The position numbers and the translations under genes were made by a program. The notes beneath the pieces were generated by a model that was given only the letters and a program-made list of their open reading frames with translations, was not told the origin of the DNA and searched no databases. A stretch of 64,000 nucleotides of DNA from an uncultured bacterium (GTDB lineage: Bacteria > Patescibacteriota > Minisyncoccia > Phycocordibacterales > GWA1-40-21), in NCBI GenBank assembly GCA_963798465.1, contig CAWCTC010000001.1, forward strand, positions 592,465-656,464. Direction: 5' to 3'. Below, one piece after another: positions 43,598 through 53,790 of the stretch; the stretch's first letter is position 1; every line of letters begins with the position of its first letter.

Positions 43598-43730
43598 ACC
43601 CGCTAAAGTTTTTGCTGACGTGTTGAAAATGAAAATTTATTAGATTTATCTTTAGTATAAGGTTGTCTATATAAAATAAACATATTCATATAATCTCAAC
43701 ACATTTTCATCAGCAAAAATTTTCTCGGGT
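43598..43730 (+). repeat. H1 element copy D, 10 nt upstream of the ppdK start
   Basis: Arms ACCCGCTAAAGTTTTTGCTGA ... TCAGCAAAAATTTTCTCGGGT. The interior contains TCATATAAT (43689..43694) and a bulged extension TGAAAATG/CATTTTCA. Confidence 0.6.
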
Positions 43731-43739
43731 AAAAAATCA

Positions 43740-46445
43740 ATGGCAACAAAAAATAAAAAGTATGTTTATGCGTTCGAAGAAGGAGATAAAGAGATGAGAG
43801 AAATCTTGGGAGGCAAAGGTGCAAATTTGGCAGAAATGAAAACACTGGGAATAAATGTTCCACCAGGATTTACAATATCAACCGAAGCTTGCGCACTTTA
43901 TTATACAGACGGGAAAAAAATAAATTCTGAAGTCAAAAAACAAACAGATATTAAACTCGCCCAGCTTGAAAAAAAGATGGGAAAGAAACTCGGAGACGCG
44001 AACGATCCCCTTCTTGTTTCTGTCCGTTCAGGAGCTGCGGCTTCCATGCCTGGAATGATGGATACAATTTTAAACCTCGGTTTGAATGACAAATCTGTTT
44101 TAGGTTTGGCAAAAATTACAAATAATCCTCGTTTTGCATGGGATTCTTACAGAAGATTAATACAAATGTTTGGAAATGTTGTTATGGAAATGGGACATGG
44201 CGACTTTGAAGAAATATTGGAAAATGTCAAAGACACAAAAGGTGCAAAATATGATACAGACCTTACAGCAGAAGATTTACAAGAAATAGTTGTAAAATAC
44301 AAAGCAAAAATAAAAGAAACCAAAGGAACAGAATTTCCTCAAGATCCTATAAAACAAATGTATATGGCAATAAATGCCGTCTTTAATTCTTGGAATAATT
44401 ACAGAGCGATAAGATACAGAGAAATTAATAGTATCAAAGGCCTTATCGGAACAGCTGTGAATATTCAGTCAATGGTATTCGGCAATCTTGGAGATGATTC
44501 TGGAACCGGAGTTTGCTTCACAAGAAATCCTTCAACCGGAGAAGCAAAATTCTACGGAGAATATTTGATGAACGCACAAGGAGAAGATGTCGTTGCCGGA
44601 ATAAGAACTCCTCTGACTGTTGCATCACTCGCAAAACAAAATCCAAAAATATACAAAGAGCTTGTAAATACCTGCAACAAAGTCGAGAAACATTACAAAG
44701 ATATGCAGGATATGGAATTCACGATTGAAAGAGGTGTACTTTATATTCTTCAAGCAAGAAATGGAAAAAGAACAGCCGCAGCTTCCGTAAAAATTGCAGT
44801 TGATTTGGTAAAAGAAAAATTGATTTCACTCGAGACGGCAATTTTAAGAATCGATCCGAATCAATTAAATCAATTATTGCACAGACAGCTTGATCCAGTC
44901 GCAGTTTCAAAAGCCAGAATAATTGCACAAGGTCTTCCAGCTTCACCAGGAGCATCTGTCGGAGAAGTTGTATTCACCGCATCTGAAGCATTTGAAAAAG
45001 CAAAGTCAGGTCTTGATGTAATACTTGTCAGAACTGAGACATCGCCAGAAGATATCGACGGAATGCATTCTTCAAAAGGAATCTTGACGGCAAGAGGAGG
45101 AATGACATCACACGCTGCTGTTGTCGCGAGAGGAATGGGAACTCCATGCGTTGCAGGCTGTGCAGATATTCAGATAGATGAAAAAGCAAAAACACTTACG
45201 ATAAAAAGCCAAGGAATTGTAATTAAAGAAGGAGAATTTATTTCTCTTGACGGTTCAACAGGAAAAGTTTACGAAGGAAAATTAAATACAGAGGATGCTT
45301 CCCTTCTTGGAAACTTTGGAACTTTGATGACATGGTCGGATAAATTCAGAAAAATCGGAGTCAGAACAAATGCAGACACTCCTCATGATGCGGAAGTCGC
45401 AAGAAAATTCGGCGCAGAAGGTATTGGTCTTTGCAGAACTGAACACATGTTTTTTGAAGGAGCCCGCATAAAAGCGATAAGAGAAATGATACTTTCAAAC
45501 GATTTGGAAGCGAGAAAAAAAGCTTTGGCAAAATTATATCCATATCAAAAAGGAGATTTCGCCGGACTTTTTGCAGCTATGAATGGACTTTCAGTTACAA
45601 TAAGATTGCTCGATGCTCCACTCCATGAATTCTTGCCACAAAAAGAAGTAGATATAGTTGAAATAGCAAAAGAAATGAATGTCAGCGTTGCCACGCTCAA
45701 AGCAAAAATTGAAGACTTGCACGAATTCAATCCGATGCTCGGACACAGAGGCTGCAGACTTGCCATCACTTTCCCTGAAATCTATGACATGCAAGCAGAA
45801 GCTATTATTGATGCCGCAATCGAAGTGAAGAAAAATGGAAAAGCAAAAGCTGTCAGACCGGAAATAATGATTCCTATTGTTGCTACGACAAAAGAATTTA
45901 CAATATTGAGAGATAGGATTGTAAAAATTGTTGAAGAAAAAATAAAAGCATCAAAAACAAAAATTGAATACAAGATAGGAACTATGATTGAGGTTCCAAG
46001 AGCCGCTTTGATTGCAGACAAACTAGTTACAGCTGGTGCAGAATTCTTCTCATTCGGAACAAACGACTTAACACAAATGGGAGCAGGATTATCACGCGAC
46101 GACGCAGGAAAATTCTTGAAGGAATATGTCGCTCAAGATATTTTTGCTTATGATCCATTTGAAGTTTTAGATCAAGAAGGTATTGGCGAACTTATCAGAA
46201 TTGCAGTTGCAAAAGGAAGAAGCGTGAAAAAAGATTTGAAGATTGGTATTTGCGGAGAACACGGAGGAGAACCAAAAACAGTTGAATTCTGCTGTAGAGA
46301 AGGATTGAATTATGTTTCTTGTTCACCATTTAGAGTTCCAATCGCAAGACTAGCCGGAGCTCAAGCTGTAGTAAGAGAACTTATGAATAAGAAAAGTTCA
46401 GTAAAAAAATCAGCAAAAAAAACAGTTAAAAAAGGTAAGAAATAG
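43740..46445 (+). CDS. ppdK: Pyruvate, phosphate dikinase
   Basis: GGKGANLAEM, TARGGMTSHAAVVARGMG (catalytic His), GLCRTEHMF, FSFGTNDLTQ, CGEHGG. 901 aa. Confidence 0.95.
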   Translation: MATKNKKYVYAFEEGDKEMREILGGKGANLAEMKTLGINVPPGFTISTEACALYYTDGKKINSEVKKQTDIKLAQLEKKMGKKLGDANDPLLVSVRSGAAASMPGMMDTILNLGLNDKSVLGLAKITNNPRFAWDSYRRLIQMFGNVVMEMGHGDFEEILENVKDTKGAKYDTDLTAEDLQEIVVKYKAKIKETKGTEFPQDPIKQMYMAINAVFNSWNNYRAIRYREINSIKGLIGTAVNIQSMVFGNLGDDSGTGVCFTRNPSTGEAKFYGEYLMNAQGEDVVAGIRTPLTVASLAKQNPKIYKELVNTCNKVEKHYKDMQDMEFTIERGVLYILQARNGKRTAAASVKIAVDLVKEKLISLETAILRIDPNQLNQLLHRQLDPVAVSKARIIAQGLPASPGASVGEVVFTASEAFEKAKSGLDVILVRTETSPEDIDGMHSSKGILTARGGMTSHAAVVARGMGTPCVAGCADIQIDEKAKTLTIKSQGIVIKEGEFISLDGSTGKVYEGKLNTEDASLLGNFGTLMTWSDKFRKIGVRTNADTPHDAEVARKFGAEGIGLCRTEHMFFEGARIKAIREMILSNDLEARKKALAKLYPYQKGDFAGLFAAMNGLSVTIRLLDAPLHEFLPQKEVDIVEIAKEMNVSVATLKAKIEDLHEFNPMLGHRGCRLAITFPEIYDMQAEAIIDAAIEVKKNGKAKAVRPEIMIPIVATTKEFTILRDRIVKIVEEKIKASKTKIEYKIGTMIEVPRAALIADKLVTAGAEFFSFGTNDLTQMGAGLSRDDAGKFLKEYVAQDIFAYDPFEVLDQEGIGELIRIAVAKGRSVKKDLKIGICGEHGGEPKTVEFCCREGLNYVSCSPFRVPIARLAGAQAVVRELMNKKSSVKKSAKKTVKKGKK

Positions 46446-46454
46446 ACAATCAAA

Positions 46455-46489
46455 TTAAAAGGGCGGCCGCTTCGCGGCCGCCCTTTTAA
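46455..46489. terminator. GC-rich terminator (same core as 21532..21554)
   Basis: AAAAGGGCGGCCGCTTCGCGGCCGCCCTTTT. Confidence 0.85.
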
Positions 46490-46584
46490 ATTATTTATAA
46501 AGTAGTACACTTATTCTAAATCAGTTCTTTATAATTCTCTCAAATGAGAGATTAAATATAAAAATCCTTAAGGAGGTTTTGCTT

Positions 46585-46833
46585 ATGGCAACAAGACTTG
46601 ATGAATTAGAAGAAGTTATTAAAAAACACAAGGAAGAGGAGGCGAAGAAAATAGTGAGAGATGACGCTGCATATATTAAAAGGATGTGCAGAGGAAAAAG
46701 AAATTATTATTTACTGGCTGACCCTGGCTATCCTTATGAAAAAATTCGGGTAACAAAAAAAGTTTATATTGAAAATCTGTTGAGAGACAAGCAAGACAAA
46801 AGAGATGATTATTTCTTATTCCATGGATGCTAA
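46585..46833 (+). CDS. Small protein, 82 aa
   Basis: AAGGAGG lies 8 nt upstream of ATG 46585. A 10-aa ORF with its own AGGAG follows at 46851..46883. Confidence 0.5.
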   Translation: MATRLDELEEVIKKHKEEEAKKIVRDDAAYIKRMCRGKRNYYLLADPGYPYEKIRVTKKVYIENLLRDKQDKRDDYFLFHGC

Positions 46834-46891
46834 TCAAAAAGGAGAACAAAATGAAAAAAATGGAAGATAAATGGAATGCATAAAGCATTTC

Positions 46892-46924
46892 AAAAAACCG
46901 CTAGAAAAATTAGCGGCTTTTTTT
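46892..46924. terminator. Bidirectional terminator
   Basis: AAAAAACCGCTA-GAAAAAT-TAGCGGCTTTTTTT. Confidence 0.7.
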
Positions 46925-46974
46925 ATATAATGTTTTTCTTAATTTTTGTCTGATAATATATTATCAGACCGAGA

Positions 46975-47265
46975 TTAATCGGTAACTTCCGGCTCAACAT
47001 CTTCATTCTCCATTGTCGCCAATCTGATTTTTTCAACAAGTTCGCTGTTTGGAGTATCTTCACTGAAATCAACATCTAAATCGCCGGCAATAGATCGCAA
47101 TCTTTCCAAAGCTTCCGGACTTCCATCATCAACGAGAGACTGCAGATACGTAAAATCAGGATTGCCATGTTCATCTTGCCAATCTCCCATCGCACTCGTT
47201 TGAGATTTGCTCACTGGGTTTTTCTTCTGCGTAAAATTTTTATTATATTTATCGTCTTGTGCCAT
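46975..47265 (-). CDS. Acidic hypothetical protein, 96 aa
   Basis: ORF only; D/E-rich C-terminal half. Confidence 0.45.
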   Translation of the reverse strand: MAQDDKYNKNFTQKKNPVSKSQTSAMGDWQDEHGNPDFTYLQSLVDDGSPEALERLRSIAGDLDVDFSEDTPNSELVEKIRLATMENEDVEPEVTD

Positions 47266-47308
47266 ATTATTATTTTTATTAATCTGATAAATTATTCTTC
47301 AACTTCCA

Positions 47309-49222
47309 TTATAGCAAGGAATCCATTATTTTTTTAAGAGGAACTGTGGCAACTCCGACCACGCTGTCCGCACCTCCGTAATATACAAATAATTTATCTT
47401 TTCTAACAACAGTTCCGCAAGGAAAAACTACATTCGGAATAATTCCGACAAGTTCATACGGCCTTTCCGGCTGCATTATAGGCGGGCTAACTCTCGAAAT
47501 TACAATGCGAGGATTTTTCAAATCCAAAAGAGCCAGACCGACTCTGTATGTATGATGATTTGAAGAAACTCCATGATACAAAAGCAGCCATCCTTTTTTT
47601 GTTTTTATCGGAGGTGCAGTGATGCCGACCTTTTCACTGTCCCACATTCCCTTTCTCGGCAAAATTATCGGTGTAGCGACTTGCAGCGGACCTTCAATTA
47701 TATCCAAGGAATCTATAAAATCGGCGCAGATATCGCTATCAACTCTGTGAAGCATAAGATATTTTCCATTTATTTTTTCAGGAAAAATACAGGCATCCTT
47801 GTCATCTTCTTTGTTTGGCGACAAAAGAAGAGGTTCAGTCCAATCCCAATTTTTATTTTTAAAATCTTCAAGCAATATCGCGGTAACTGCAACACGCGGA
47901 GGATTTGTCCCATCATATGCCGTATAACACATATAAACTGTATCACCGATAAGAGTAAGACGAGGATCTTCACAACCAGAATTTCCCGGATGAGTTTTCA
48001 TTTCAAAAAATTTTCTAGGAACATAAATCGGCTTGTCGCTTCTTTCATCTATACTGAATCCATCTTTAGAAGATGCATATCCTATATAAGATGTATCGTC
48101 ATCAGACATGGCACGATAAAGAATGTATGTAACATTTTCTATCTGAATAGCTGCTGGATTGAAAACTCCATGCGCCTCCCAAGCTACTCCTATTCTTGGT
48201 TTCAAAATTGGATTTTTATCACATCTTGTCAAATATGTGTTTATGGCATCTGGCTTTATACCTTCGAATAAGTCGTCGAGTTTTACAACAGCTATACAGC
48301 AGAATGTATCCGCAGCCCCATAATATATTTCCAAAATATTTTTCTTGAGCAATGCTCCTGAGGGAAAAACTATGCCTGGAATTTGCCCAAATTTTTCATA
48401 AGTTTCCGATGATGCAAACATCGGACCGTGCGTTTGCCCTATTATTTTTTTAGGATTTTTTAAATCAAGTAGCAGCGCTTCAATCCCAAACTCTTTTACG
48501 AAAGGATTATTCTGTTGAAAATAATTTTCTATGTGGCTGTATATAAGTAGCCAGCCTTTTTCAGTTTTAATCGGAACTGCTCCGACTTCGACATGATCCT
48601 TGTCCGATCTTCGCGGATCTATACTGTGCAAATTTAATTCACTGTACCATTTTTCCCAATATTTTTGATCCCACATATCCTCGAGCTTATCAAATTCGGC
48701 AAAACATATTTTTGCCGGAGGCAAATCTGTATCGACAGATAAAACAGCGACATATTTTCCATTTATTTTTTCAGGAAAAAGTGCCATGGCTTTGGCATTA
48801 AAAGGAGTTACCAAATGTTTTTCTTCAATTTTTTTGAAATCTTTCGTGATGGCGACCGCAATTTTTATACAGCTGGCATCAAAAGGATAATCTGAAAGAG
48901 CAGTATAAAAAATATAAAACTTATCCCCCATTTTTGTAACTCTTGGATCTTCGCATCCGTATTTTTCCCACTCATATTCTGGAGCAATAAGCTGCATTCT
49001 TTCGGAAAAAGTCGTCCCATTCTTGCTTGACGTATATCCTATGGAGGAAATGCTCAAATCACTCCCGAAATAATCTTCAGTTGAAGACATGGCCCTATAG
49101 ACATAATGAATTATGTTTTTATCTTTTATAGGACACCAATTGAAGACAGCTTTTGCTTCCCATGGATCATTGGTATTCGGAGATAAAAGAGGATTGTGCG
49201 GTGATTTTTTTACCGTGAACAT
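47309..49222 (-). CDS. Double-domain GH130-like glycoside phosphorylase/hydrolase (two DUF377-type beta-propellers)
   Basis: Two internal copies of NP(L/I)L.P...WE...VFN....YRAMS...IGY(T/A)SSK(N/D)G....GCEDPR.T..GD..Y..YTA. No signal peptide. Confidence 0.7.
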   Translation of the reverse strand: MFTVKKSPHNPLLSPNTNDPWEAKAVFNWCPIKDKNIIHYVYRAMSSTEDYFGSDLSISSIGYTSSKNGTTFSERMQLIAPEYEWEKYGCEDPRVTKMGDKFYIFYTALSDYPFDASCIKIAVAITKDFKKIEEKHLVTPFNAKAMALFPEKINGKYVAVLSVDTDLPPAKICFAEFDKLEDMWDQKYWEKWYSELNLHSIDPRRSDKDHVEVGAVPIKTEKGWLLIYSHIENYFQQNNPFVKEFGIEALLLDLKNPKKIIGQTHGPMFASSETYEKFGQIPGIVFPSGALLKKNILEIYYGAADTFCCIAVVKLDDLFEGIKPDAINTYLTRCDKNPILKPRIGVAWEAHGVFNPAAIQIENVTYILYRAMSDDDTSYIGYASSKDGFSIDERSDKPIYVPRKFFEMKTHPGNSGCEDPRLTLIGDTVYMCYTAYDGTNPPRVAVTAILLEDFKNKNWDWTEPLLLSPNKEDDKDACIFPEKINGKYLMLHRVDSDICADFIDSLDIIEGPLQVATPIILPRKGMWDSEKVGITAPPIKTKKGWLLLYHGVSSNHHTYRVGLALLDLKNPRIVISRVSPPIMQPERPYELVGIIPNVVFPCGTVVRKDKLFVYYGGADSVVGVATVPLKKIMDSLL

Positions 49223-49224
49223 TT

Positions 49225-51117
49225 TTAAGAAAAAGTTACCTTGTTTATGGTATGCGACTGTTCAGTAATATTTTTGAAACCATCCATAAATTCTTTGAAA
49301 GGCAATGTCGCAACGCAAACAAATTTATCGCCTCCGCCGTAATATATAAACAGCGTATCACCTTTTAAAACAGCCCCACATGCATAAACTATACCAGCTT
49401 TTCCTTCATTTTCATACCACATATCCGGAGTAATTATGGGAATGGAAAAGCGGGAAATTATTTTTGTCGGATCATCCAAATCAAGAAGCATCGCGCCTAT
49501 TTTATATTTCGACGGCTCCGCTTTATCCGTTGCGTGGTAGAAAATCAGCCATCCTTTTTCGGTTTTCATCGGAGGAGTTCCGACGCTTCTCATCCTGCTA
49601 TGCCATGAAATCTTTTTAGCTGGCATTTTTTGAGGATCGGGACTTTCAAAGTTTAATCCTTCCTCACTTATGGATTTCAAATCATCGACATAATCTATTT
49701 TCACTTTGTTTTTATCAAGGTCGTGCAGATTGTGGAGTATCGCAAATTTTCCATTTATTTTTTCAGGAAAAATTACCCAATTTTTGTGTCTTCCTTTTGG
49801 AGAAATCAATTTTGGCACGCTCCATTTTTTCCAATTTTTATTCAGGAAATCTTCCTCATCAATCATGATCATTCCGACACGGATATTATCCCAACTGTCA
49901 AAAGCATTGAAAGTCACATATATTTCACCGTCAATATTTACCATTCTTGGATCCTCGCAGCCGCCCCAGCTTCCGCCAGACGGATACATCACGGGATTAT
50001 ATTTCTTGAATTTTTTCTTATCGCCAATGCGCGGATATTTCAAAGAAAAAACTGGCTCGGGATGGACATCATCAAAATTAATTCCATCACAGCTTGAAGC
50101 ATAACCGATTCTTGACATTCCGTCGCTTCCGATTGCTCTGAACAATAAATGCACTTTATCTTTTAAAGCGATTGCTGCAGGATTGAAAGTTCCCTGTGAC
50201 ATCCATTCTTTGCCTTTCAGCGACTTCGGAGAAATAACCGGATTATTATTATGTTTGCTTAATATTTTTATTTTTTCTTTTGTAAGATCCGTAGAAAATG
50301 GCACAGAAAAAGATGCGCTCAGTATTCCCGTATTTTTTGAATACCAATATATTGCAAGCTTGTCATCCGAAAAAATCATGCCTTTGCATTCAAAATCTTT
50401 TTCATAAGATATCTGGTCGTCGAATATCGGCTCATCGGAACGCCAAATGATTTTGTGCGAATCGGACAATGAAAACATCGCCACACCTATCTGTATTTTT
50501 AAAATATTATTTTCTTTTATTGAAGAATCGTAAAAAACCAGCACGCCTTTTTCCGTAACTTTTGAAGCGATGAATTTTAATCCATCCCTATCAAAAAATG
50601 CCGGCCTTGGCTTCAATACCGGTTCTTTGCTTTTTTTCCATTTGATAAAATCAGGCGAGAATACGGTGAAAATTGAAGACTCTCCATAATAAATAAAATA
50701 ATCTTTTCCGTGCTTGTGATCGGACACCGCTCCTCCCCTTTCTTTTATCTGAGATATCGATCCCTGGATTATCCATTCATTTTCTTTTTGAGAAATAGCC
50801 CAATAAAGATTCTTCGTCTTGCCATTTTTGCAGGTGAACGTGATTATTTTTTTATGATTGACTACTGAAGAAATTATATCGTCGATATCTTCCAAATTTA
50901 TTTTTTCATCTAAAAATCTATTTTTGAAGACAACGAGTTCCTTGTATTCAGAAAATCGGTTCAATTCATTTCTCTTGCCCGGGATAAGATATATTTTACC
51001 CGGCAATTCTTTTATCCTGCAGAAAATAGAATGTGCGCTGTTATGCTCGTAGAAACCCAATGGAATAATTGTTTCATTTTTTATGCTTTCCAATGTTTTT
51101 TTATTTCTCGGAGACAT
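49225..51117 (-). CDS. Double-domain GH130-like protein, paralog
   Basis: NNPVISP..W..QGTFNPAAI, RIGYASSCDG, GGCEDPRMVNIDGEIYVTFNA. The N-terminal domain is more divergent. Confidence 0.65.
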   Translation of the reverse strand: MSPRNKKTLESIKNETIIPLGFYEHNSAHSIFCRIKELPGKIYLIPGKRNELNRFSEYKELVVFKNRFLDEKINLEDIDDIISSVVNHKKIITFTCKNGKTKNLYWAISQKENEWIIQGSISQIKERGGAVSDHKHGKDYFIYYGESSIFTVFSPDFIKWKKSKEPVLKPRPAFFDRDGLKFIASKVTEKGVLVFYDSSIKENNILKIQIGVAMFSLSDSHKIIWRSDEPIFDDQISYEKDFECKGMIFSDDKLAIYWYSKNTGILSASFSVPFSTDLTKEKIKILSKHNNNPVISPKSLKGKEWMSQGTFNPAAIALKDKVHLLFRAIGSDGMSRIGYASSCDGINFDDVHPEPVFSLKYPRIGDKKKFKKYNPVMYPSGGSWGGCEDPRMVNIDGEIYVTFNAFDSWDNIRVGMIMIDEEDFLNKNWKKWSVPKLISPKGRHKNWVIFPEKINGKFAILHNLHDLDKNKVKIDYVDDLKSISEEGLNFESPDPQKMPAKKISWHSRMRSVGTPPMKTEKGWLIFYHATDKAEPSKYKIGAMLLDLDDPTKIISRFSIPIITPDMWYENEGKAGIVYACGAVLKGDTLFIYYGGGDKFVCVATLPFKEFMDGFKNITEQSHTINKVTFS

Positions 51118-51344
51118 ATTTTAAATATTTTTATTATTTTCTTATCAATTAATCTACAAAAAACTCAAACATAATGCGTTTGAGCTTTCAGAGCTTCACT
51201 GATTTTTTATGGGAAATTTACAGGAAATCTCAAACAAATTAAAACCTCTACTTTTCAAAAAAATCAGCGGAAAAATATTAGCAACCGCACATGTGACATA
51301 GACAATTATATTATTTATAAAAAATATAAGCAATAAAAAAAATG

Positions 51345-51373
51345 TTGATAACTACTAAGAAAACAGATATAAT
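51345..51373 (+). promoter_or_regulatory. Sigma70-type promoter TTGATA-N17-TATAAT, 8 nt from the ATG (leaderless-type)
   Basis: Exact spacing read from the sequence. ATG at 51382. Confidence 0.65.
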
Positions 51374-51381
51374 TCATTCAA

Positions 51382-52155
51382 ATGGATTTTCGAAAGAAAA
51401 AAATCATAGTTTTTGATCTTGATGGGACCTTGGCTGAAAGCAAACAAAGCCTAGATACAGAAACTTCAAAACTTCTAAGCGAACTGCTCAGCGTAAAAAA
51501 AGTCGCGATTATCACTGGAGGTGGTTTTCCTCAACTTCAAAAACAAGTAATAAGCGTTGTTCCCTTCGATTCGAATAAATTCAAAAATTTTTATATCTTT
51601 CCGACCAAAGGTGCGATGATGTACAAATTCGACGGAAAAAATTGGCAAAAAGTCTATAAAAAAATCCTGAGCAAGGATGACAAGAAAAAAATACTGGATG
51701 CATTCGATAAAGTTTATAAAGAAGTAGATTTTTTACCAAAAAAACATTTCGGCAATCTTCTGGAAGACAGAGAATCACAATTTACTTTTTCAGCATTGGG
51801 ACAGGATGCTCCAGTTGAATTGAAAAGAGTCTGGGATCCTGATGCGTCAAAAAGAAAAATACTCAAAGAACATCTGGATAAATATCTTCCTGATTTTGCC
51901 GTCGAAATCGGTGGAACTACATCACTAGACATTACGCAGAAAAACATCGACAAGGCATATGCGATAGAGCAGATCTGCATTTACTTGAATATGAAAATAG
52001 ATGATATTTTATTCATCGGAGATGCAATTTTTGAAGGTGGAAACGATTATTCCGTAATAAGAACAAAAGTAGATAATATTGACGTTGATAACTATAACGA
52101 GACAAAAAAAATAATAAGAGATATTATTGATGGAAAGGAATCTTATAAAAAATAA
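51382..52155 (+). CDS. HAD-IIB phosphomannomutase (eukaryotic PMM type)
   Basis: FDLDGTLAESKQSL, VAIITGGGF, EIGGTTSLDITQKNIDKAYA, FIGDAIFEGGNDYSV. These parallel PMM2 motifs FDVDGTL, GVVGGSDF, SIGGQISFDVFP and FFGDKTMPGGNDHEIF as I recall them. Confidence 0.7.
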   Translation: MDFRKKKIIVFDLDGTLAESKQSLDTETSKLLSELLSVKKVAIITGGGFPQLQKQVISVVPFDSNKFKNFYIFPTKGAMMYKFDGKNWQKVYKKILSKDDKKKILDAFDKVYKEVDFLPKKHFGNLLEDRESQFTFSALGQDAPVELKRVWDPDASKRKILKEHLDKYLPDFAVEIGGTTSLDITQKNIDKAYAIEQICIYLNMKIDDILFIGDAIFEGGNDYSVIRTKVDNIDVDNYNETKKIIRDIIDGKESYKK

Positions 52156-52164
52156 ATAATAAAT

Positions 52165-52512
52165 ATGAAAACAACTTACGACAAAAGACCATGGGGCTTG
52201 GAAGAAATTTTTACCATAAATGAGCCATCAACCGTAAAAATATTGACAATCAATCCAAAACAAAGAACTAGCCTGCAATACCACAATTTCAGAAAAGAAT
52301 TTTGGAGACTAATTGAAGGTGAAGCTATTTTTGAAATTGACGGTAAAAAGATTGAAGCAAAAATTGGAGATGAAGTAAATATTGATACAAAAATGACGCA
52401 CAGGCTGATTGGAAAAGATGCTCCGGCAAAAGTTTTAGAAATATCATTCGGAAAATTCGATGAAAACGATATTGTCAGATTGGAAGATGATTATGGACGT
52501 GCAGAAAAATAA
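52165..52512 (+). CDS. Cupin-type mannose-6-phosphate isomerase (type II PMI C-terminal domain-like)
   Basis: KRPWG, SLQYHNFRKEFW, MTHRL, DENDIVRLEDDYGR. Confidence 0.7.
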   Translation: MKTTYDKRPWGLEEIFTINEPSTVKILTINPKQRTSLQYHNFRKEFWRLIEGEAIFEIDGKKIEAKIGDEVNIDTKMTHRLIGKDAPAKVLEISFGKFDENDIVRLEDDYGRAEK

Positions 52513-52520
52513 ATTAGAAT

Positions 52521-52551
52521 AAAGAGCGGCACGCGAAGCGTGCCGCTCTTT
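52521..52551. terminator. Bidirectional GC-rich terminator
   Basis: AGAGCGGCACGC-GAAG-CGTGCCGCTCT. Confidence 0.8.
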
Positions 52552-52565
52552 ATTTATTCTATAAA

Positions 52566-52599
52566 ATCACTTCGCACAACCATTTTATAGGCGCGATGC
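52566..52599. repeat. Partial copy of the CACTTCGCACAACC...GCGCGATGC repeat module
   Basis: Similar to 35889..35933 and to the MITE interiors. Confidence 0.4.
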
Positions 52600-52602
52600 A
52601 AA

Positions 52603-53781
52603 TTAACTTAATACTTTTTGAGTTTCTACTGCAATCTGATTCATTTCATCCGTATTGATAACTTCTACTTTAACTTTGGAATCTTGCGTACTCAAATTAC
52701 AATCCACGCCATCGGTACAATCATTTATTTTCTGATCAATTAAAATCCCGAGAGATTCCAACCCGCTACAGATTCTTCTTCTCATCAAATATGATCTCTC
52801 ACCCACTGTTCCAGTAAATACGAGCATATCAAGACCGCCGAGAGCAACAAAACTCGCACCGATTTGTTTTTGTATTTTATAAACATAAGTATCGAGAGCC
52901 ATTTTTGCCGCAGCATTTTCATTTTCAACTTTCAAAAGATCCCTAATGTCATTACTAAGACCTCCGGAAAGTCCGAATAGTCCGCATTTTTTGTTGAAAT
53001 ATTGCGTAAGTTTCAATCCCTGCAATTTTAAAACTTCAGACAGATATACCACGGCACCGGCATCTATGTCTCCAACTCTGTTCGCCATTATCATTCCTTC
53101 AAGCGGAGTAAATCCCATGGATGTTTCTACACTTTTTCCATCTTTCACCGCCATGACGCTTACTCCTCCGCCGATATGGCAAACTATAAGTTTACTTGGA
53201 ATGTTTCCCTTCTTCTGCAATTTATTTACAATCGACTGAGCTGAAATCCCATGATAGCCGTATCTGTAAATATCATATTTTTCTGCATCCTTTGAATAGA
53301 TGCCATAATTCTTGGCCTTTTGAGGCATAGTGTGGTGGAATTCCGAATCGGATATGCCTACTATTTTCATATTGTTTCCAAAAAATAATTTCAATTTGAT
53401 TATCTCTTTAAAAATACCTTCAAGGTGAAGCGGGGCTTTTTTCATGGCTAATTTAAGATTGCGGATATACTCATCATCTATAATCCTATTTGTTTGAAAA
53501 TATATTCCAGGTGCGACAACTCTTATTCCGACTCCGGAAATATCATTCTTGTCGGAAATGATATTTTTTGCTTTAAATGTCTTAATCAGATAATCCAAAG
53601 AATTATTAAATTCTGATTCTAAAATTTTATTTTCTTCCGATTTATCGGAAATTCTTATCGTGGAAAGATAACCGCCGTCGCCGGTTTCAAAATGCACAAA
53701 AGCAGCTTCCTTTCCCTCATCGTATACAGCATACTTTTTTGAAGCGCTGCCGGTATTTACAATCAAATATTTTTCGCTCAT
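52603..53781 (-). CDS. ackA: Acetate kinase
   Basis: ILVVNTGSAS-type start (YLIVNTGSASKKY), GYHGIS, CHIGGGVS, and position downstream of xfp. Confidence 0.9.
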   Translation of the reverse strand: MSEKYLIVNTGSASKKYAVYDEGKEAAFVHFETGDGGYLSTIRISDKSEENKILESEFNNSLDYLIKTFKAKNIISDKNDISGVGIRVVAPGIYFQTNRIIDDEYIRNLKLAMKKAPLHLEGIFKEIIKLKLFFGNNMKIVGISDSEFHHTMPQKAKNYGIYSKDAEKYDIYRYGYHGISAQSIVNKLQKKGNIPSKLIVCHIGGGVSVMAVKDGKSVETSMGFTPLEGMIMANRVGDIDAGAVVYLSEVLKLQGLKLTQYFNKKCGLFGLSGGLSNDIRDLLKVENENAAAKMALDTYVYKIQKQIGASFVALGGLDMLVFTGTVGERSYLMRRRICSGLESLGILIDQKINDCTDGVDCNLSTQDSKVKVEVINTDEMNQIAVETQKVLS

Positions 53782-53790
53782 TTTTTTAAA

